Origin: Nitrosopumilaceae archaeon
GTDB taxonomy: Archaea > Thermoproteota > Nitrososphaeria > Nitrososphaerales > Nitrosopumilaceae
Direction: 5' to 3'
Assembly: GCA_965203465.1 (NCBI GenBank)
Contig: CBDBCR010000001.1
Location: 288,001-352,000 of the forward strand
DNA: 64,000 nucleotides
Each line of letters starts with the position of its first letter. Positions within the stretch are counted from its first letter, which is position 1. Of the stretch, positions 10,320 to 20,578 are shown one piece after another. Position numbers and translations under genes: made by a program. The notes under the pieces are model-generated. The model had not been told where the DNA came from and ran no database searches. It saw nothing but the letters and a program-made list of their open reading frames with translations.

Positions 10320-11429
10320 TTGGCGCTCGAAGAGGACGAAAAGCCGCGGCTCACGACGGGCCTGTTCGGCATCGGCGACACCATCCGCACGCTGAGCGGC
10401 ATCGGGGTGTCCAAGACCAAGGTCAACCCCGCCCAGGGGATACTGATGGGCTGGCAGGCCGTCGGGTACCTGGCCTTCGCGGCCTTCCTGTCTTGGATGG
10501 TCATGTTCACCGTCAGCGACGACCTCTCGCCGGGCCTGGGCAAGTTTCTGGGCTTTATGATATTCGGCGTCTCGGCCCTGGTCCTGGTGATACTGTACGG
10601 CTCCAACCTGGTGACCGGCGACTACATGACCGCCGCGGTGGCCCTGATGACGCAGCGGGTGAGATGGCGCGAGGTGCTCTGGGAGTGGTCCATAACGCAC
10701 GCGGGCCACTGGATAGGGGGGTTCGTCATAGCCTGGATGATAATAGTGGGGGCCTCGCAGGCCGGGCCGGTCGGATCCGAGCTTGCCTCTATAATGGCCG
10801 GCATCGGCGAGGGCAAGGTAAACGGGCACACGTGGGAGGAGCTGTTTTACCGCGGGGTGCTGGCCAACTGGCTCATAGCGATGGGCGTCTGGGGGGCCTA
10901 CCGCGCAAAGGACATGGTCTCAAAGATTCTCCTGATAGGGATACCAGTGTCGGTGTTCTTCGCCATCGGCTTCGAGCACAGCATCGTCAACCACTTTGCG
11001 CTCTCGGCCGGGATATGGTCGGGCGGCGAGTACACGTGGGGCGAGGCATGGTTCAAGAATTTGGTGCCTGTCACGCTGGGCAACATAATCGGGGCCATGA
11101 TACTGCAGGGCATGATATACTGGTACGCCGGCGGCATGCAGGTGTGGGTCTCGCCGGGCAAGTGGAAGGCGCCGCACGGCACCTACCGGGACCTGGCCAG
11201 GGCGCTGTGCAACACGCTGACGCTCATGGTGTTTTTCGTCGGCATGGCGCCGCTGGCGGCCGGCGCCCTGTTCTTCTTGGTCGTCGAGCCGGCCCTGGGG
11301 ATACTGCCCGGCGTCGGGGACCCGACGTGGGGGATGCCCGCCGCCATCGGGGCGTACCTGCTTGGCACCGCGCTCTTGGTCAAGCGGTTCTTCATGCCGC
11401 GCCGCTGGCACGAGATCCCCGACGAGTAG
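10320..11429 (+). CDS. Formate/nitrite transporter (FNT) family protein with C-terminal extension
   Basis: LVTGD, GVLANWL, GFEHSIVN, VTLGNIIG motifs; multiple transmembrane segments. Confidence 0.9.
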   Translation: MALEEDEKPRLTTGLFGIGDTIRTLSGIGVSKTKVNPAQGILMGWQAVGYLAFAAFLSWMVMFTVSDDLSPGLGKFLGFMIFGVSALVLVILYGSNLVTGDYMTAAVALMTQRVRWREVLWEWSITHAGHWIGGFVIAWMIIVGASQAGPVGSELASIMAGIGEGKVNGHTWEELFYRGVLANWLIAMGVWGAYRAKDMVSKILLIGIPVSVFFAIGFEHSIVNHFALSAGIWSGGEYTWGEAWFKNLVPVTLGNIIGAMILQGMIYWYAGGMQVWVSPGKWKAPHGTYRDLARALCNTLTLMVFFVGMAPLAAGALFFLVVEPALGILPGVGDPTWGMPAAIGAYLLGTALLVKRFFMPRRWHEIPDE

Positions 11430-11451
11430 GCGCGGCGCCTACCGGACGTGC

Positions 11452-12084
11452 CTACGGGCCTTTTCCGCCGTGGACTACGAACTTTACGGCAAAGTCCGGA
11501 TCGCCGTCCAAGTCGCGGAACGACAGATCCATGGTGTGGAACTCGCGCGCTCCCCCGTAGTCTGCTAGGTACGCGTGTTCTATGTCCGCGTGGCCGAGCG
11601 CCCTGTATTCTCTACAGCCTATGCGTAAACGCGCTGGTTGGGGTTTTCTGTGCGCGGATCTGCGAGATTTTGGAGATCGCGCATAACCTCTTCTGTTCCT
11701 GACGGTGCCTTGCACGGAAGATGCTTTTTGGAAGATTCTGTAGCCGTGGCCGGATATTCCGTCCGATTCTACCAAGACAATCTCGCCTTTTCCTACGCCG
11801 CTCATCACGTAGTCTTTGAACTCGTTGCTTAAGGCCCTTGCCGCGTCTAGGACGGACGCGGTGTCGGAAATCTTTGAGCGCTTGACGCTCCGCTTGCGTA
11901 TCACGTGGATCGTCTCCATGATCAACAAGTACGAGACAACCACGCGTTTTTCGCCGTTTTTCATCAGTTCGATCAGATCTTTGGATGTCTGGTAGTGGTT
12001 ATCGCCTGCGCCCAAAAAATAACCCGCCCATACCGTGGTGTCGTAGTATAGTATCTTAGATTGACTTTGGATAATTTTTGGCAC
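11452..12084 (-). pseudogene. PIN-domain (VapC-like) gene interrupted at its 5' end by IS630; ORF now starts inside the IS end
   Basis: YYDTTVW, LIMETIHVI, GHADIEHA, FHTMDLSF acidic PIN motifs; removing the IS restores ...NDLVYYDTT. Confidence 0.8.
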
Positions 12085-13198
12085 GAACGATCAGGCCGTA
12101 AGATAGTCGTGCATCTTTATGATCTTGATGCCGCCGGATCTCAGAGCTTTCAACACCTCTCTCTTTATCTGCTCGATGTCGTCGAAAAACTGGTTGGCGA
12201 TGTAGCGCTTGACTTCCCTCCACTGGGACTCGATCGGCGCAAGCTCCGGCGTGTACTTTGGCAGGAACCTCGCCACGATGCCGCCGTCGGTTCTCTCGTA
12301 CAGCCTCCGGAACACGGCTTCGCTGTGGTACGAGGCGTTGTCCGTGTAGATCAGCAGCTTGCCCAGCTTTTTGTAGGCCCTCATGAGGAACGCCTCTACG
12401 TTCTTGGCGTTGCCCGTATCGCAGAACTCGAAATAGCTCTGGCCTCCGGCCGCCACGACTCCGAGCAGGGTGGCCCGGCCTTTCCGCCTGCCCGTGACGT
12501 CGACCCTGACCTGTTCGGCGCGCTTGCCTTTCCTCCTTTTCTTGCGGTACCATCCTTTCCGGACCACGCTCTGCATGGATACGTGCATTTCGTCAAAAGA
12601 AACGGCCAGATGCCCGCGCCCAGCGTAGATTGCTACGGTTCTGTGAGCTTTTTTTTTGAAATCCTTGATTTCTGCCGGAGACGCCCCGCGTGCGTCGCGG
12701 GGGCGGGGCTTGATGTACACGAAGCCCAGCCGGTTCACCAGATCCCAGACGGAGTGGACATGGTACTCTACGCCGAACTTTTTCTTGATGTGCGTCCTGA
12801 TCAGCGGTATCGTCCAAGCACCCGCTCCGAGTCCGATCGCTGCGGGACCCGCTTCCAGATCCCGCTCGAGCGCCTTGAGCTGGCGCTTGGTGAGCTTGCA
12901 CGCTGCCCCTTTGTTCTTTATGTCGTATCTCTTGTTCAGACCGTTCTTTTCGATGTTCCTTATCCAGTTGGTCACCGTGGTGCGCGGAATGTCCAGGGCC
13001 TTGGATATTTCCACGATGGTCTTTCCCTGCTTCCTTTGTATGCATACCAGCAGCCTGCGTTCTGCTTTTGGATCTTTTTCCTTCCGATGCATGTCGCACA
13101 GGCGGGCCATGGTCACTTTGGGAAGAAACCTCCTCGCCATGGGGCCCCCCCGACGTGCCGCTATTTAGATCTTTGCCCAAAGTCAATCGAAGATACTA
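12049..13198 (-). mobile_element. IS630-family insertion sequence, copy 1 (1150 bp)
   Basis: TIRs TAGTATCTTAGATTGACTTTGG / CCAAAGTCAATCGAAGATACTA; TA duplication at 12047-48 and 13199-200; matches 41488-42637. Confidence 0.95.
12091..13140 (-). CDS. IS630 transposase
   Basis: HTH + winged HTH (WTIPLI..HIKKKFGVEY); DDE motifs FDE, DNASYH, PKYTPELAPIESQW. Confidence 0.95.
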   Translation of the reverse strand: MARRFLPKVTMARLCDMHRKEKDPKAERRLLVCIQRKQGKTIVEISKALDIPRTTVTNWIRNIEKNGLNKRYDIKNKGAACKLTKRQLKALERDLEAGPAAIGLGAGAWTIPLIRTHIKKKFGVEYHVHSVWDLVNRLGFVYIKPRPRDARGASPAEIKDFKKKAHRTVAIYAGRGHLAVSFDEMHVSMQSVVRKGWYRKKRRKGKRAEQVRVDVTGRRKGRATLLGVVAAGGQSYFEFCDTGNAKNVEAFLMRAYKKLGKLLIYTDNASYHSEAVFRRLYERTDGGIVARFLPKYTPELAPIESQWREVKRYIANQFFDDIEQIKREVLKALRSGGIKIIKMHDYLTA

Positions 13199-13210
13199 TA
13201 TACTAAATCA

Positions 13211-13657
13211 TTACGGGTTGTCTCGGACAGATCGCACCAGCTCCACGGAATCTTCTTCCTCGTCGACGTAGTCTGCAAGCATTGAATCTAGGTCTCCTAT
13301 AGTTATGTTCCGGTTTCTGGGCCTGCCCAAAGACGCCTCGAGTGTTTGTATTAATCTCTTCGCACCCTCCGACAGTTCCGGCGCCTGCGTTCTGCGCGCG
13401 TTCTTGCCGCCTTGTTCACGCGCACGAGTGGTAGATGGCGGCTTTTCCCCCAAGCCAACTCCATAGCTAGAGTCCTTTGAACGAATTGGGAGATTTTCGA
13501 TGACGATCTGCTCCATCTTGAGCCATCTTCTCTCGGGCGCGCTCATGCACCTGCCTATCCACTCATCATAGAGCGGGATTTTATCAGACACGAGCCAACT
13601 GTCTTGCGGTTTGTCGACATCCGAATACTGCAAGATCACGCCAGTGGTGTTTGACAT
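13211..13657 (-). CDS. Putative antitoxin upstream of the PIN gene
   Basis: C-terminal DSVELVRSVRD resembles archaeal VapB tails; adjacent to the PIN gene once the IS is removed. Confidence 0.55.
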   Translation of the reverse strand: MSNTTGVILQYSDVDKPQDSWLVSDKIPLYDEWIGRCMSAPERRWLKMEQIVIENLPIRSKDSSYGVGLGEKPPSTTRAREQGGKNARRTQAPELSEGAKRLIQTLEASLGRPRNRNITIGDLDSMLADYVDEEEDSVELVRSVRDNP

Positions 13658-13661
13658 GTAA

Positions 13662-14072
13662 TCACCCGCGTGCGCCAGCGTCTTGCTGGTCACCGTCAAC
13701 CCTATCGGCCGTGTTTATGCATTTGAACTGGAATTTCGTGGCGTCGAACCGCAGGTCTTCCAGCACGCGGTATGCCTGGCTTTTGTCCTCTTTTTTGTAG
13801 GCTGAGGACAAGAGCGACAGTTTCTCGCAGACGTTGTCAACCATGTCCGAGCGGTCTTTGGGCGGGATGCGGTATTGGGAGAACAGTGGCCCGATCTGCA
13901 GCAACACGCTTTCGAGAACCTCGGTTATGAACACTCCGTGCTTCAAATCCGACATGGCGGCAAACTTGGTAAGATCGTGAGTCAACCTAAAACACGCTCT
14001 GAATTTACCATCGCGGGCAAGCGCCCCGACGCCGTCGAGGTTTTGGATGAATATACCGTTCACGTCGTCCAT
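13662..14072 (-). CDS. Hypothetical helical protein, first gene of the PIN operon
   Basis: Coding-like low-GC ORF; has a paralog at 20575-21111. Confidence 0.7.
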   Translation of the reverse strand: MDDVNGIFIQNLDGVGALARDGKFRACFRLTHDLTKFAAMSDLKHGVFITEVLESVLLQIGPLFSQYRIPPKDRSDMVDNVCEKLSLLSSAYKKEDKSQAYRVLEDLRFDATKFQFKCINTADRVDGDQQDAGARG

Positions 14073-14204
14073 GCTCCGCGTCGCCGGCTTTCCGATAAAT
14101 ACATTCCGCATGCGCGGGTGGAACCGCTTCGCTCTCGGCAGGCCCACGGCCCGGCGCCGGCCGTGCGCGGGGCGTCCGACGAGCAGGCGTTTCAGATCTG
14201 CCGG

Positions 14205-14501
14205 CTATACGTCGCCCGGCTGCCAGGGCGGGCTGCGCTCCGCGATCTTGCGGTAGTTTTCGGCGGGCAGGTACTGCGTCTCTCTCCTAAGCGTGCCGCT
14301 CTTTACGAGCATCCCGGAACTGATCATGCGCTCGACTATCTCGGATGTCGAGATGCGCATTCCGGGGCCCGCTATCCAGCTCAGCACGTATTCTTCCAGC
14401 TCGCCTTTGGTGACTCCGCCATCGTCTGCGCGCTCCCCGGCGTACTCGGCCAGCTCCAAGGCAGCTCCGGGCGCCCCTGCGCCATGCGACTGTCCGCTCA
14501 C
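14205..14501 (-). CDS. Small hypothetical protein (possibly winged-helix)
   Basis: VTKGELEEYV...EIVERMISSGMLVK pattern; GTG start. Confidence 0.45.
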   Translation of the reverse strand: MSGQSHGAGAPGAALELAEYAGERADDGGVTKGELEEYVLSWIAGPGMRISTSEIVERMISSGMLVKSGTLRRETQYLPAENYRKIAERSPPWQPGDV

Positions 14502-14584
14502 GCCCCCGCCCTGTTGCGGCAGGCATGTAAACTTTGCCGGCGTGTGCGCAAAGCCACACATCGACGCGGCGGCAAGCGCGCCGC

Positions 14585-14884
14585 ATGGACGAGCCGTGTT
14601 CCGCGTGCAAAGGTGCCGCATTGCCTCACTTCAAAAACCCCGCCGAGTACCGGGAGAGGATCGTGGCGCACGCCCGGCGGGCGTGCGGCGGCGGCGCGCC
14701 CGAGGACAAAGTCTTGAAAATAGCAATGTATTACGCGGTAAAGTGGACTGGCCTCTCTGAACGGGAAGCGCGGCGCATATTCATCGACAACGAGCCGCCG
14801 CGCCCAGTGACGCTCGACGATCTGAACCCAGAGGTGCGCGACTGGCTCTTGTCGTTTGACAAAAAGCCGGTCACGGCCAGGTAG
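14585..14884 (+). CDS. Small hypothetical protein
   Basis: 99-aa ORF with natural composition, divergent from the previous gene. Confidence 0.5.
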   Translation: MDEPCSACKGAALPHFKNPAEYRERIVAHARRACGGGAPEDKVLKIAMYYAVKWTGLSEREARRIFIDNEPPRPVTLDDLNPEVRDWLLSFDKKPVTAR

Positions 14885-14971
14885 CCTGCGCTACGTACCC
14901 TTTGGACTGCGCACGCCCCGGCGCGGCCCCCGCTCGCCGCGTTTTAATACGGCGCGGCCCCCCCGCGGGGC

Positions 14972-16273
14972 GTGAAGTTCCTGGCCGCGCTGGCGCTTGC
15001 CGCCCTCGTACCCGCGGCGTACGGCCACGGCATAGGCCTGGACACGGCCCCCCCGTTCGCCGTCGGCGGCGAGCAGATCTCGGTCACAGTCGAGATACCC
15101 TCGTACGCCGAGCCCTCCGAGCGCAGGACCGTCGCGGTCACGGCAAAGGACGGCGACGGAAACCCGGTCGAGGACGTGACCTACCTCATAGGGCTGTACC
15201 GCGGGGACCAGATGGTGTTCCGCAACTACTTTGCCGGCGGCGAGCGCCTCTCGATGGACCTGGTCGCCTCCGACGGCGACGTGCAGATAAGCGGCCTGCA
15301 GGAGCCGCTGCTGGGCGCCTGGACCTCGGCGCCCGGCTCGCCGCTGGAGATATCCGGCTCGCAGCTCGCAAAAGGAGGGCTGTACACCTTCGAGATAGAG
15401 GTGCGCGCCATAGGCGGCCCGCAGGGCGCCGTCGAGGGGCTCGGCGCGCGCACCGCCGACGTGACCGTGGTGGACGAGGCCGAGTTCGCCAGGGACGGCT
15501 CGGAGGGGCAGGTGCGGTTCACGACGCGCTCGTACTTTGACTCGGTGCGGGACCTGGACTACGACCCGCGGGCCGGCGCCGTCTCGCTGTTCATGCCCTT
15601 CGACTGGGGCGCCGAGCGCATATCCCACATACCGGTGGTCCACGTCGAGGTGCGCTTCCCCAAGGATTCCGAGATGGCCTCGCCCGGCTATACGGGCACC
15701 CTCAACGGCGTGGAGCTGTTCGATTCCTCGGTGGTAGTGGACGACTATACCTCGGAAGAGGACCGCATCGTCCATTTCGTGCTGCTGCAGGAGCACGTGC
15801 GGTTCGTAAAGAACAGCGGGGCCGGCCAGGACGGCATGCTGTTCACGCTATCAAAGTCCGACGAGGCCGCGTTCCCGGTCACGGCCTGGACGCGCGACGA
15901 ATCGCTGCGCGTGGACCTCTCGTGGGACCCGCCCGAGATTCTGCCCGGCCAGCAGACGCGCTTCGTCTATACCATACGCGACGGGGCCACCGCCGAGCCG
16001 CTGCGCGACTCCTCGTACGACCTGGTGATACTGCAGGGGGGCGAGGAGCTGCACCGCCAGTCGGGCAACGCGCGCGTGGGCGGCGACTATGCCGACTATG
16101 CCTTCCCGGAGGATTCGGGCGGGCCGGCCGTCGTGCGCTTCGAGAATTTGCGCGGGACGGGGCAGTCCACCGAGTTCGGCGTGGTCGTGGCCCCCGAGTT
16201 CGGCGCGGCCGCCCTTGCCCTCGCGGCCGCCTCGGCGCCGGTAATACTGCTACGGCTCCGGCGCCCTGCGTGA
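14972..16273 (+). CDS. Secreted PEFG-CTERM sorting-domain protein
   Basis: Signal peptide ending AYGHG; C-terminal VAPEFG + TM + basic tail; paralog of 34836-36443. Confidence 0.85.
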   Translation: MKFLAALALAALVPAAYGHGIGLDTAPPFAVGGEQISVTVEIPSYAEPSERRTVAVTAKDGDGNPVEDVTYLIGLYRGDQMVFRNYFAGGERLSMDLVASDGDVQISGLQEPLLGAWTSAPGSPLEISGSQLAKGGLYTFEIEVRAIGGPQGAVEGLGARTADVTVVDEAEFARDGSEGQVRFTTRSYFDSVRDLDYDPRAGAVSLFMPFDWGAERISHIPVVHVEVRFPKDSEMASPGYTGTLNGVELFDSSVVVDDYTSEEDRIVHFVLLQEHVRFVKNSGAGQDGMLFTLSKSDEAAFPVTAWTRDESLRVDLSWDPPEILPGQQTRFVYTIRDGATAEPLRDSSYDLVILQGGEELHRQSGNARVGGDYADYAFPEDSGGPAVVRFENLRGTGQSTEFGVVVAPEFGAAALALAAASAPVILLRLRRPA

Positions 16274-18904
16274 TTCCGAGACGCTGCGCGCCAAAAATAC
16301 AGCGGAGGCGGCGATCCCGGCGGCCATGAGCGGCCCGGCAAGCTCCGAATACCTGTACGAGGCCGGCTCTTTTTCGGCCCGCACGGGCGCCCCGTCGGCG
16401 ACTGCCACGTACCCCACCTTGCCGCCGTTCTGCTCGGCGAACCAGACGTTGCCGTCCCCGTCCGAGGCCAAAAACTGCACGAACGAGGACTGCGTCGGTA
16501 TCGGGATCTCGTCCGAGCCGCCCCCGTGCGGGTCGTGCACCCCGATATAGTCCACGACGTGCTCTGCGTACCATATGTTGCCGCGCGCGTCGCGCGCCAT
16601 CCCGAAGGGCAGCGCGTCGGGGTTGCCCACCGGCACCCTCTCGGCCGAATCGAGCAGCACGTTGTACTTTACCAGCCCGGGCCCCGAGTGCTCCGTTATC
16701 CACACGTTGCCCTCGCCGTCGTCGAGCAGCGCCTCGGGGCTAGCTAGCGGGCCCGTCGAGGCGTACCGGACCCCGCCGGTGCCCGGATCCAATATACCGA
16801 GCCTGCCCGTTCCGGATTCGGTAAACCAGACTTTATCTCCGCGCAGCATCACGGCGAACGGGCCGGACCGGCCGTCCTCGAGCCTGTACTCGCTGAACTC
16901 GCCCGTCTCTGGCGAGTACTTTAGCAGCGCCCCCTTTGCGACTATGGTTATCCACACGCCGTCGGCGCCGGCCGCGATGCCGCCGGGCACCGACTTTATG
17001 TGGAGCGGGACCACGCCGGGCAGCGGTATGTCTTCCGTATCCCCGGTGCCCGGATCCACGTACCCGATGCTGCCGCCGGCCCCGTCCGTATACCATACCT
17101 TTCCGTCCGGCGCGCCGGCCAGCATCTGCGAGGCCTGCCCCCCTATGGGGTACCTTTCCATCGCGGCCCCGTCGAACCTCCACACGGCCGGCATGCCGCT
17201 GTCGCTGACCCACACGTAGCCGCCGTGGTATATGGGGTGGAGCGGCCTGGATCCCTCGGGCATGTCGTACTCGTTTACGTCGGTCCTCGTGTCCCGTATG
17301 GACGGCTTTACCAGAAGGTCCAGGGCGACCTGCTCGTTGGGGGCCTCTGTCCGGCGCGCCTCGATCTCTACGAGCCACGTGTCCGTGAACCCGAACGTCA
17401 CCTCGCCGGCGTAGGCCTCGCCCTCGCGTGCCAGCTCCGTCCTTATCGGCGGTATGTTTTTGGCCGGGTTGGACACCTTGACCGAGACCCCGTCAAGATC
17501 GGGCAGCTGCTGGCCGTCGGCCGCCGAGGCCACCACCGCCACGGCGTTCGGGCCGGGCGCGAACGGGAACACCTCGAGGTCGAAGCGCACGCTCTGGGCA
17601 AAGGCCGACGCGTCCAGCCCGTACTCTGCCGCCGCAGCCTGGCCGGCCTCGCCGCCGGGCAGCGCCGAGTTGGTCAGCAGCGCGACCGCGCCGAGCAGCG
17701 CCACGCCGAGGGCCGATTCCGCCTTGAGGGCCCCGCGCATGCGCGCGTGCACGTTGGGGCGGCGCGCCACGAAGAACTGGTGGTACCCGCCTATGCAGGC
17801 CATGGCCCCCGCCAAGGCTATCTTTGAGGCGATCAAATGCCCGTACGTAGAAGAGGCGATGGCCGACGGGTCGTCGTCGAGCGTCCACATGAGCAGCGGC
17901 CCGGTTATCACCACTACGCCGATGCACGCGGTGGCCAGCACGGAGAACCTGGGTATGACCGCCAGGGCCAGGCGGTCGCGGCGCGGATCGGCGGCCGACG
18001 AGGGCAGTACCCCGAAGCACAGAAAGATTATCCCGCCTATCCACAGGGCCGCGACTATGTTGTGCATGTAGTCGAGGGCCGCGGCCTCGAACAGCCCGGT
18101 GGCCGCGCCGTGGCCGGTCATGGTGGACGTGGCCGCAAGGGCCAGCGCGGAGGCCAGCATGGGCAGGCGCGCCCGGGCCGAATGCATGCGGTTTTTGGCG
18201 GCAAACCAGCAGGCCAGCACGGCCCCCGTGAGGCCCATCCTCAGCATCCATGTCTGGCCGAACGAGGTGCCCAGCGCCTCGAGCGGGGAGGCCTCGAGCC
18301 TCCATGCGTGGACCGCCAGCACCAGTACGTTGGAGGCCAGCACCGCCACGGCGCCGGCGCCGGCCACCGAGGCCAGCCCGCCCGACGGGTCGGCCGCGCG
18401 CGAGGCCGGGCCCTTTCCGCGCCAGCCCCAGACGAGCAGAGATGCGGCCAGCGCGCCGATCACCGCGGACTGGCCCACCAGGCCGGGAAACGCGGCCGCA
18501 GCTTCGGGATAGTACGCCGCCTCGGAGGCCGCCGCTTGCTGCTCCACGACGGCGCCGCCGACGCCGAAGACGAACGCGTCCGGAACAAGGTGGCCGTCCA
18601 CCTTTGAGAGCACCTTGCTGGACACCGTATAGATGCCCTCGCCGAGGGGCGGCACGCTGACCCTGAGCGCCTTTTCGCCGCCGTGGTACCCGGTGTCGCC
18701 GTTGTCTATCCTGTTTCCCGAGCCGTCGAACACCTTCAGCTCGCTGAACTCTATCTCTACTTCCTCGGAGTACTGCACGGTTATTACAGACGTCCCCTCG
18801 CGCGCGCTCGAGAGGCGCTCGGGGTCCGTCTCAAGCATGAACGGGTGGGCGTGGGCCTGCGCGACTAGCGCGAGGGCCAGCACCGCGGCGAGCACCAGTT
18901 TCAC
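16250..18904 (-). CDS. CopC/CopD copper-resistance fusion with C-terminal Vgb-like beta-propeller
   Basis: AHAHP mature start, SKVDGH CopC motif, CopD TM block (HNIVAALWIGG), repeated DGxVW(F/Y)TE propeller blades. Confidence 0.9.
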   Translation of the reverse strand: MKLVLAAVLALALVAQAHAHPFMLETDPERLSSAREGTSVITVQYSEEVEIEFSELKVFDGSGNRIDNGDTGYHGGEKALRVSVPPLGEGIYTVSSKVLSKVDGHLVPDAFVFGVGGAVVEQQAAASEAAYYPEAAAAFPGLVGQSAVIGALAASLLVWGWRGKGPASRAADPSGGLASVAGAGAVAVLASNVLVLAVHAWRLEASPLEALGTSFGQTWMLRMGLTGAVLACWFAAKNRMHSARARLPMLASALALAATSTMTGHGAATGLFEAAALDYMHNIVAALWIGGIIFLCFGVLPSSAADPRRDRLALAVIPRFSVLATACIGVVVITGPLLMWTLDDDPSAIASSTYGHLIASKIALAGAMACIGGYHQFFVARRPNVHARMRGALKAESALGVALLGAVALLTNSALPGGEAGQAAAAEYGLDASAFAQSVRFDLEVFPFAPGPNAVAVVASAADGQQLPDLDGVSVKVSNPAKNIPPIRTELAREGEAYAGEVTFGFTDTWLVEIEARRTEAPNEQVALDLLVKPSIRDTRTDVNEYDMPEGSRPLHPIYHGGYVWVSDSGMPAVWRFDGAAMERYPIGGQASQMLAGAPDGKVWYTDGAGGSIGYVDPGTGDTEDIPLPGVVPLHIKSVPGGIAAGADGVWITIVAKGALLKYSPETGEFSEYRLEDGRSGPFAVMLRGDKVWFTESGTGRLGILDPGTGGVRYASTGPLASPEALLDDGEGNVWITEHSGPGLVKYNVLLDSAERVPVGNPDALPFGMARDARGNIWYAEHVVDYIGVHDPHGGGSDEIPIPTQSSFVQFLASDGDGNVWFAEQNGGKVGYVAVADGAPVRAEKEPASYRYSELAGPLMAAGIAASAVFLARSVSESRRAPEP

Positions 18905-19214
18905 GGGGCGCGTTCTTTCTGTTCAAATTTAAGTCGTCAAGGTGGGCGTTTGGGAGGCGTTGCCTGCGAGAATCCGCAGGTTTGCCTGTCGCTGCCTGCC
19001 TAGGGCCGGGCAGATGCCCGTGCCGCGAAAGGCCAGCGTGCTGATTTTTACACGTCCTATGCCTCGCCGCCCGACAGTTAGGCATAAAGGGCCCCGCAGT
19101 TCAGATCGGGCATGGGTCAGGGGGACAAGGAAGTCCAAACAGGGATGAGAAGATTTGTAGACGTCGAGGTCGAAGAAGACGCGGAACTCCAAATTATGCG
19201 ACGACAAGAACGTC

Positions 19215-20002
19215 GTGCTTTTGGCCTTTGTTAGCTCTTACGTACCAAGAAAGTACAATTCCACAAGTTCAGTACGTGCCACGATTAGCATCGGGGACGA
19301 ATTCGGGATAGAAGAGGCTCTAAATCAGATTAAACGGAGCACAAGCAAGGCAAAGACCAAGAAGGCATACCTGCTGATTAATTCGCCTGGAGGTTTAGAA
19401 AGCTCGTCGTTTAAGATAGCCCAAGCAATAAGGGACACGTTTGAGGATATTACGGTATTTGTCCCGCACATTGCAGCTAGCGGCGGCACGCTTTTGGCCT
19501 TGACTGGAAACAGGATCAGAATGGGAATAATGAGTCAGCTCCAGTTGACCCCCAAATACCATATTCGAATCGCGTGCTTGTGTCGGTAAACTCTATCATG
19601 CGAGCCAAAGAAATGTTAGATCAGAAATTTGAAAAACAACCAGAACAAGAAATTAGTTCTCTGGACAAATATATGGTAGAAATGTTAGATCCAGTAATAT
19701 ACGAAGAGGTTTGCGGGTTACTTAAGGCTAGTAAAGCATACCTTTCTATCATTCTTCAGAAGACAAAATACACACCAGAAGAAATAGACAAAATATCGCG
19801 CATTTTGATATTCGGTCTGCCAACACACAGTTGCGTGATTGACAAGAATTTAGCCGCAGAGATAGGGCTGAAAATCGTATCAGATGGGGATGCAACGGAA
19901 TGGGATTTAATGAAAAAGTGGTTAGCAAAATATGTAAACGAAGAAACCGATCACCATTTCATTAGGTATTGTATTCCCAAAACAGAGAAAGTGGCGGATT
20001 AG
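19215..20002 (+). pseudogene. ClpP-class (SDH/SppA-like) serine protease, frameshifted near 19540
   Basis: LLINSPGG and VPHIAASGGTLLAL in one frame; the PVDPQ motif and LPTH lie in the next frame; AT-rich island. Confidence 0.8.
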
Positions 20003-20100
20003 TCGTCGTTGCTGAGCTTCTCCCACTTGTCGTAAGCTTTCTTGGCGCGGGTATCTTCGACATCCGCCAGTTTCATGGTTATGTCCTTTGCTTCAGTCAT
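19999..20100 (-). CDS. 33-aa small protein MTEAKDITMKLADVEDTRAKKAYDKWEKLSNDD
   Basis: ATG preceded by GGAGG and a TTATACAAA TATA-like box; stop overlaps the protease stop. Confidence 0.5.
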   Translation of the reverse strand: MTEAKDITMKLADVEDTRAKKAYDKWEKLSNDD

Positions 20101-20316
20101 GCCTCCCCTTGCGCCAACTTTGTATAAGAGTGTTTACGGCTTTAGCCCGCTTGGTTTAGGCACGGCGAGCACCCACTCGCGAATATCCGAACTAGCGGAT
20201 CCAAGACATGCCTAGACGGGTGTCTGAGCACCGACTTGCAACGCATGCGCCCGCCCCTCCCGGCCTATCGTGTTTAACAAAACCGGATTCGTGGGGGGGG
20301 GGGGAGAGCTGAGCGC

Positions 20317-20578
20317 ATGCACCGCCTCATCCCGGAGACTTACGTCCGCGGCGCGGATCTGCCCGCCTGCGAGGTCGCGTATTCGGAGGCTGGCCTGCGG
20401 GTTGGGCGCCGCCCCGGGCAGGATGGCCTGCCGGCGCGGCTCGATGGCTGCATGGCGGACATGTCAAGGGACGAAGGCGGGCTCCGTATGCACGGTTCCG
20501 GCGTTGCCGGGGCAGTCGGCTACGGCGAGAAAGGGGGCCGCGCCGGACGGCGGTTCGGAAGAGGCGCCGAATCGCTAG
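20317..20578 (+). pseudogene. Decayed hicB paralog
   Basis: VRGADLPACEVAYSE...VCTVPALPG aligns with 27702-28025 across frameshifts. Confidence 0.8.

Noticed and set aside
12649-12657. Programmed frameshift at the A9 run of the IS630 transposase
   Set aside because: Both copies already encode a single in-frame 349-aa transposase
20293-20304. G12 tracts here and at 25680-25691 as phase switches
   Set aside because: One precedes a pseudogene and the other lies within an IS end; they only show that long G runs are common here
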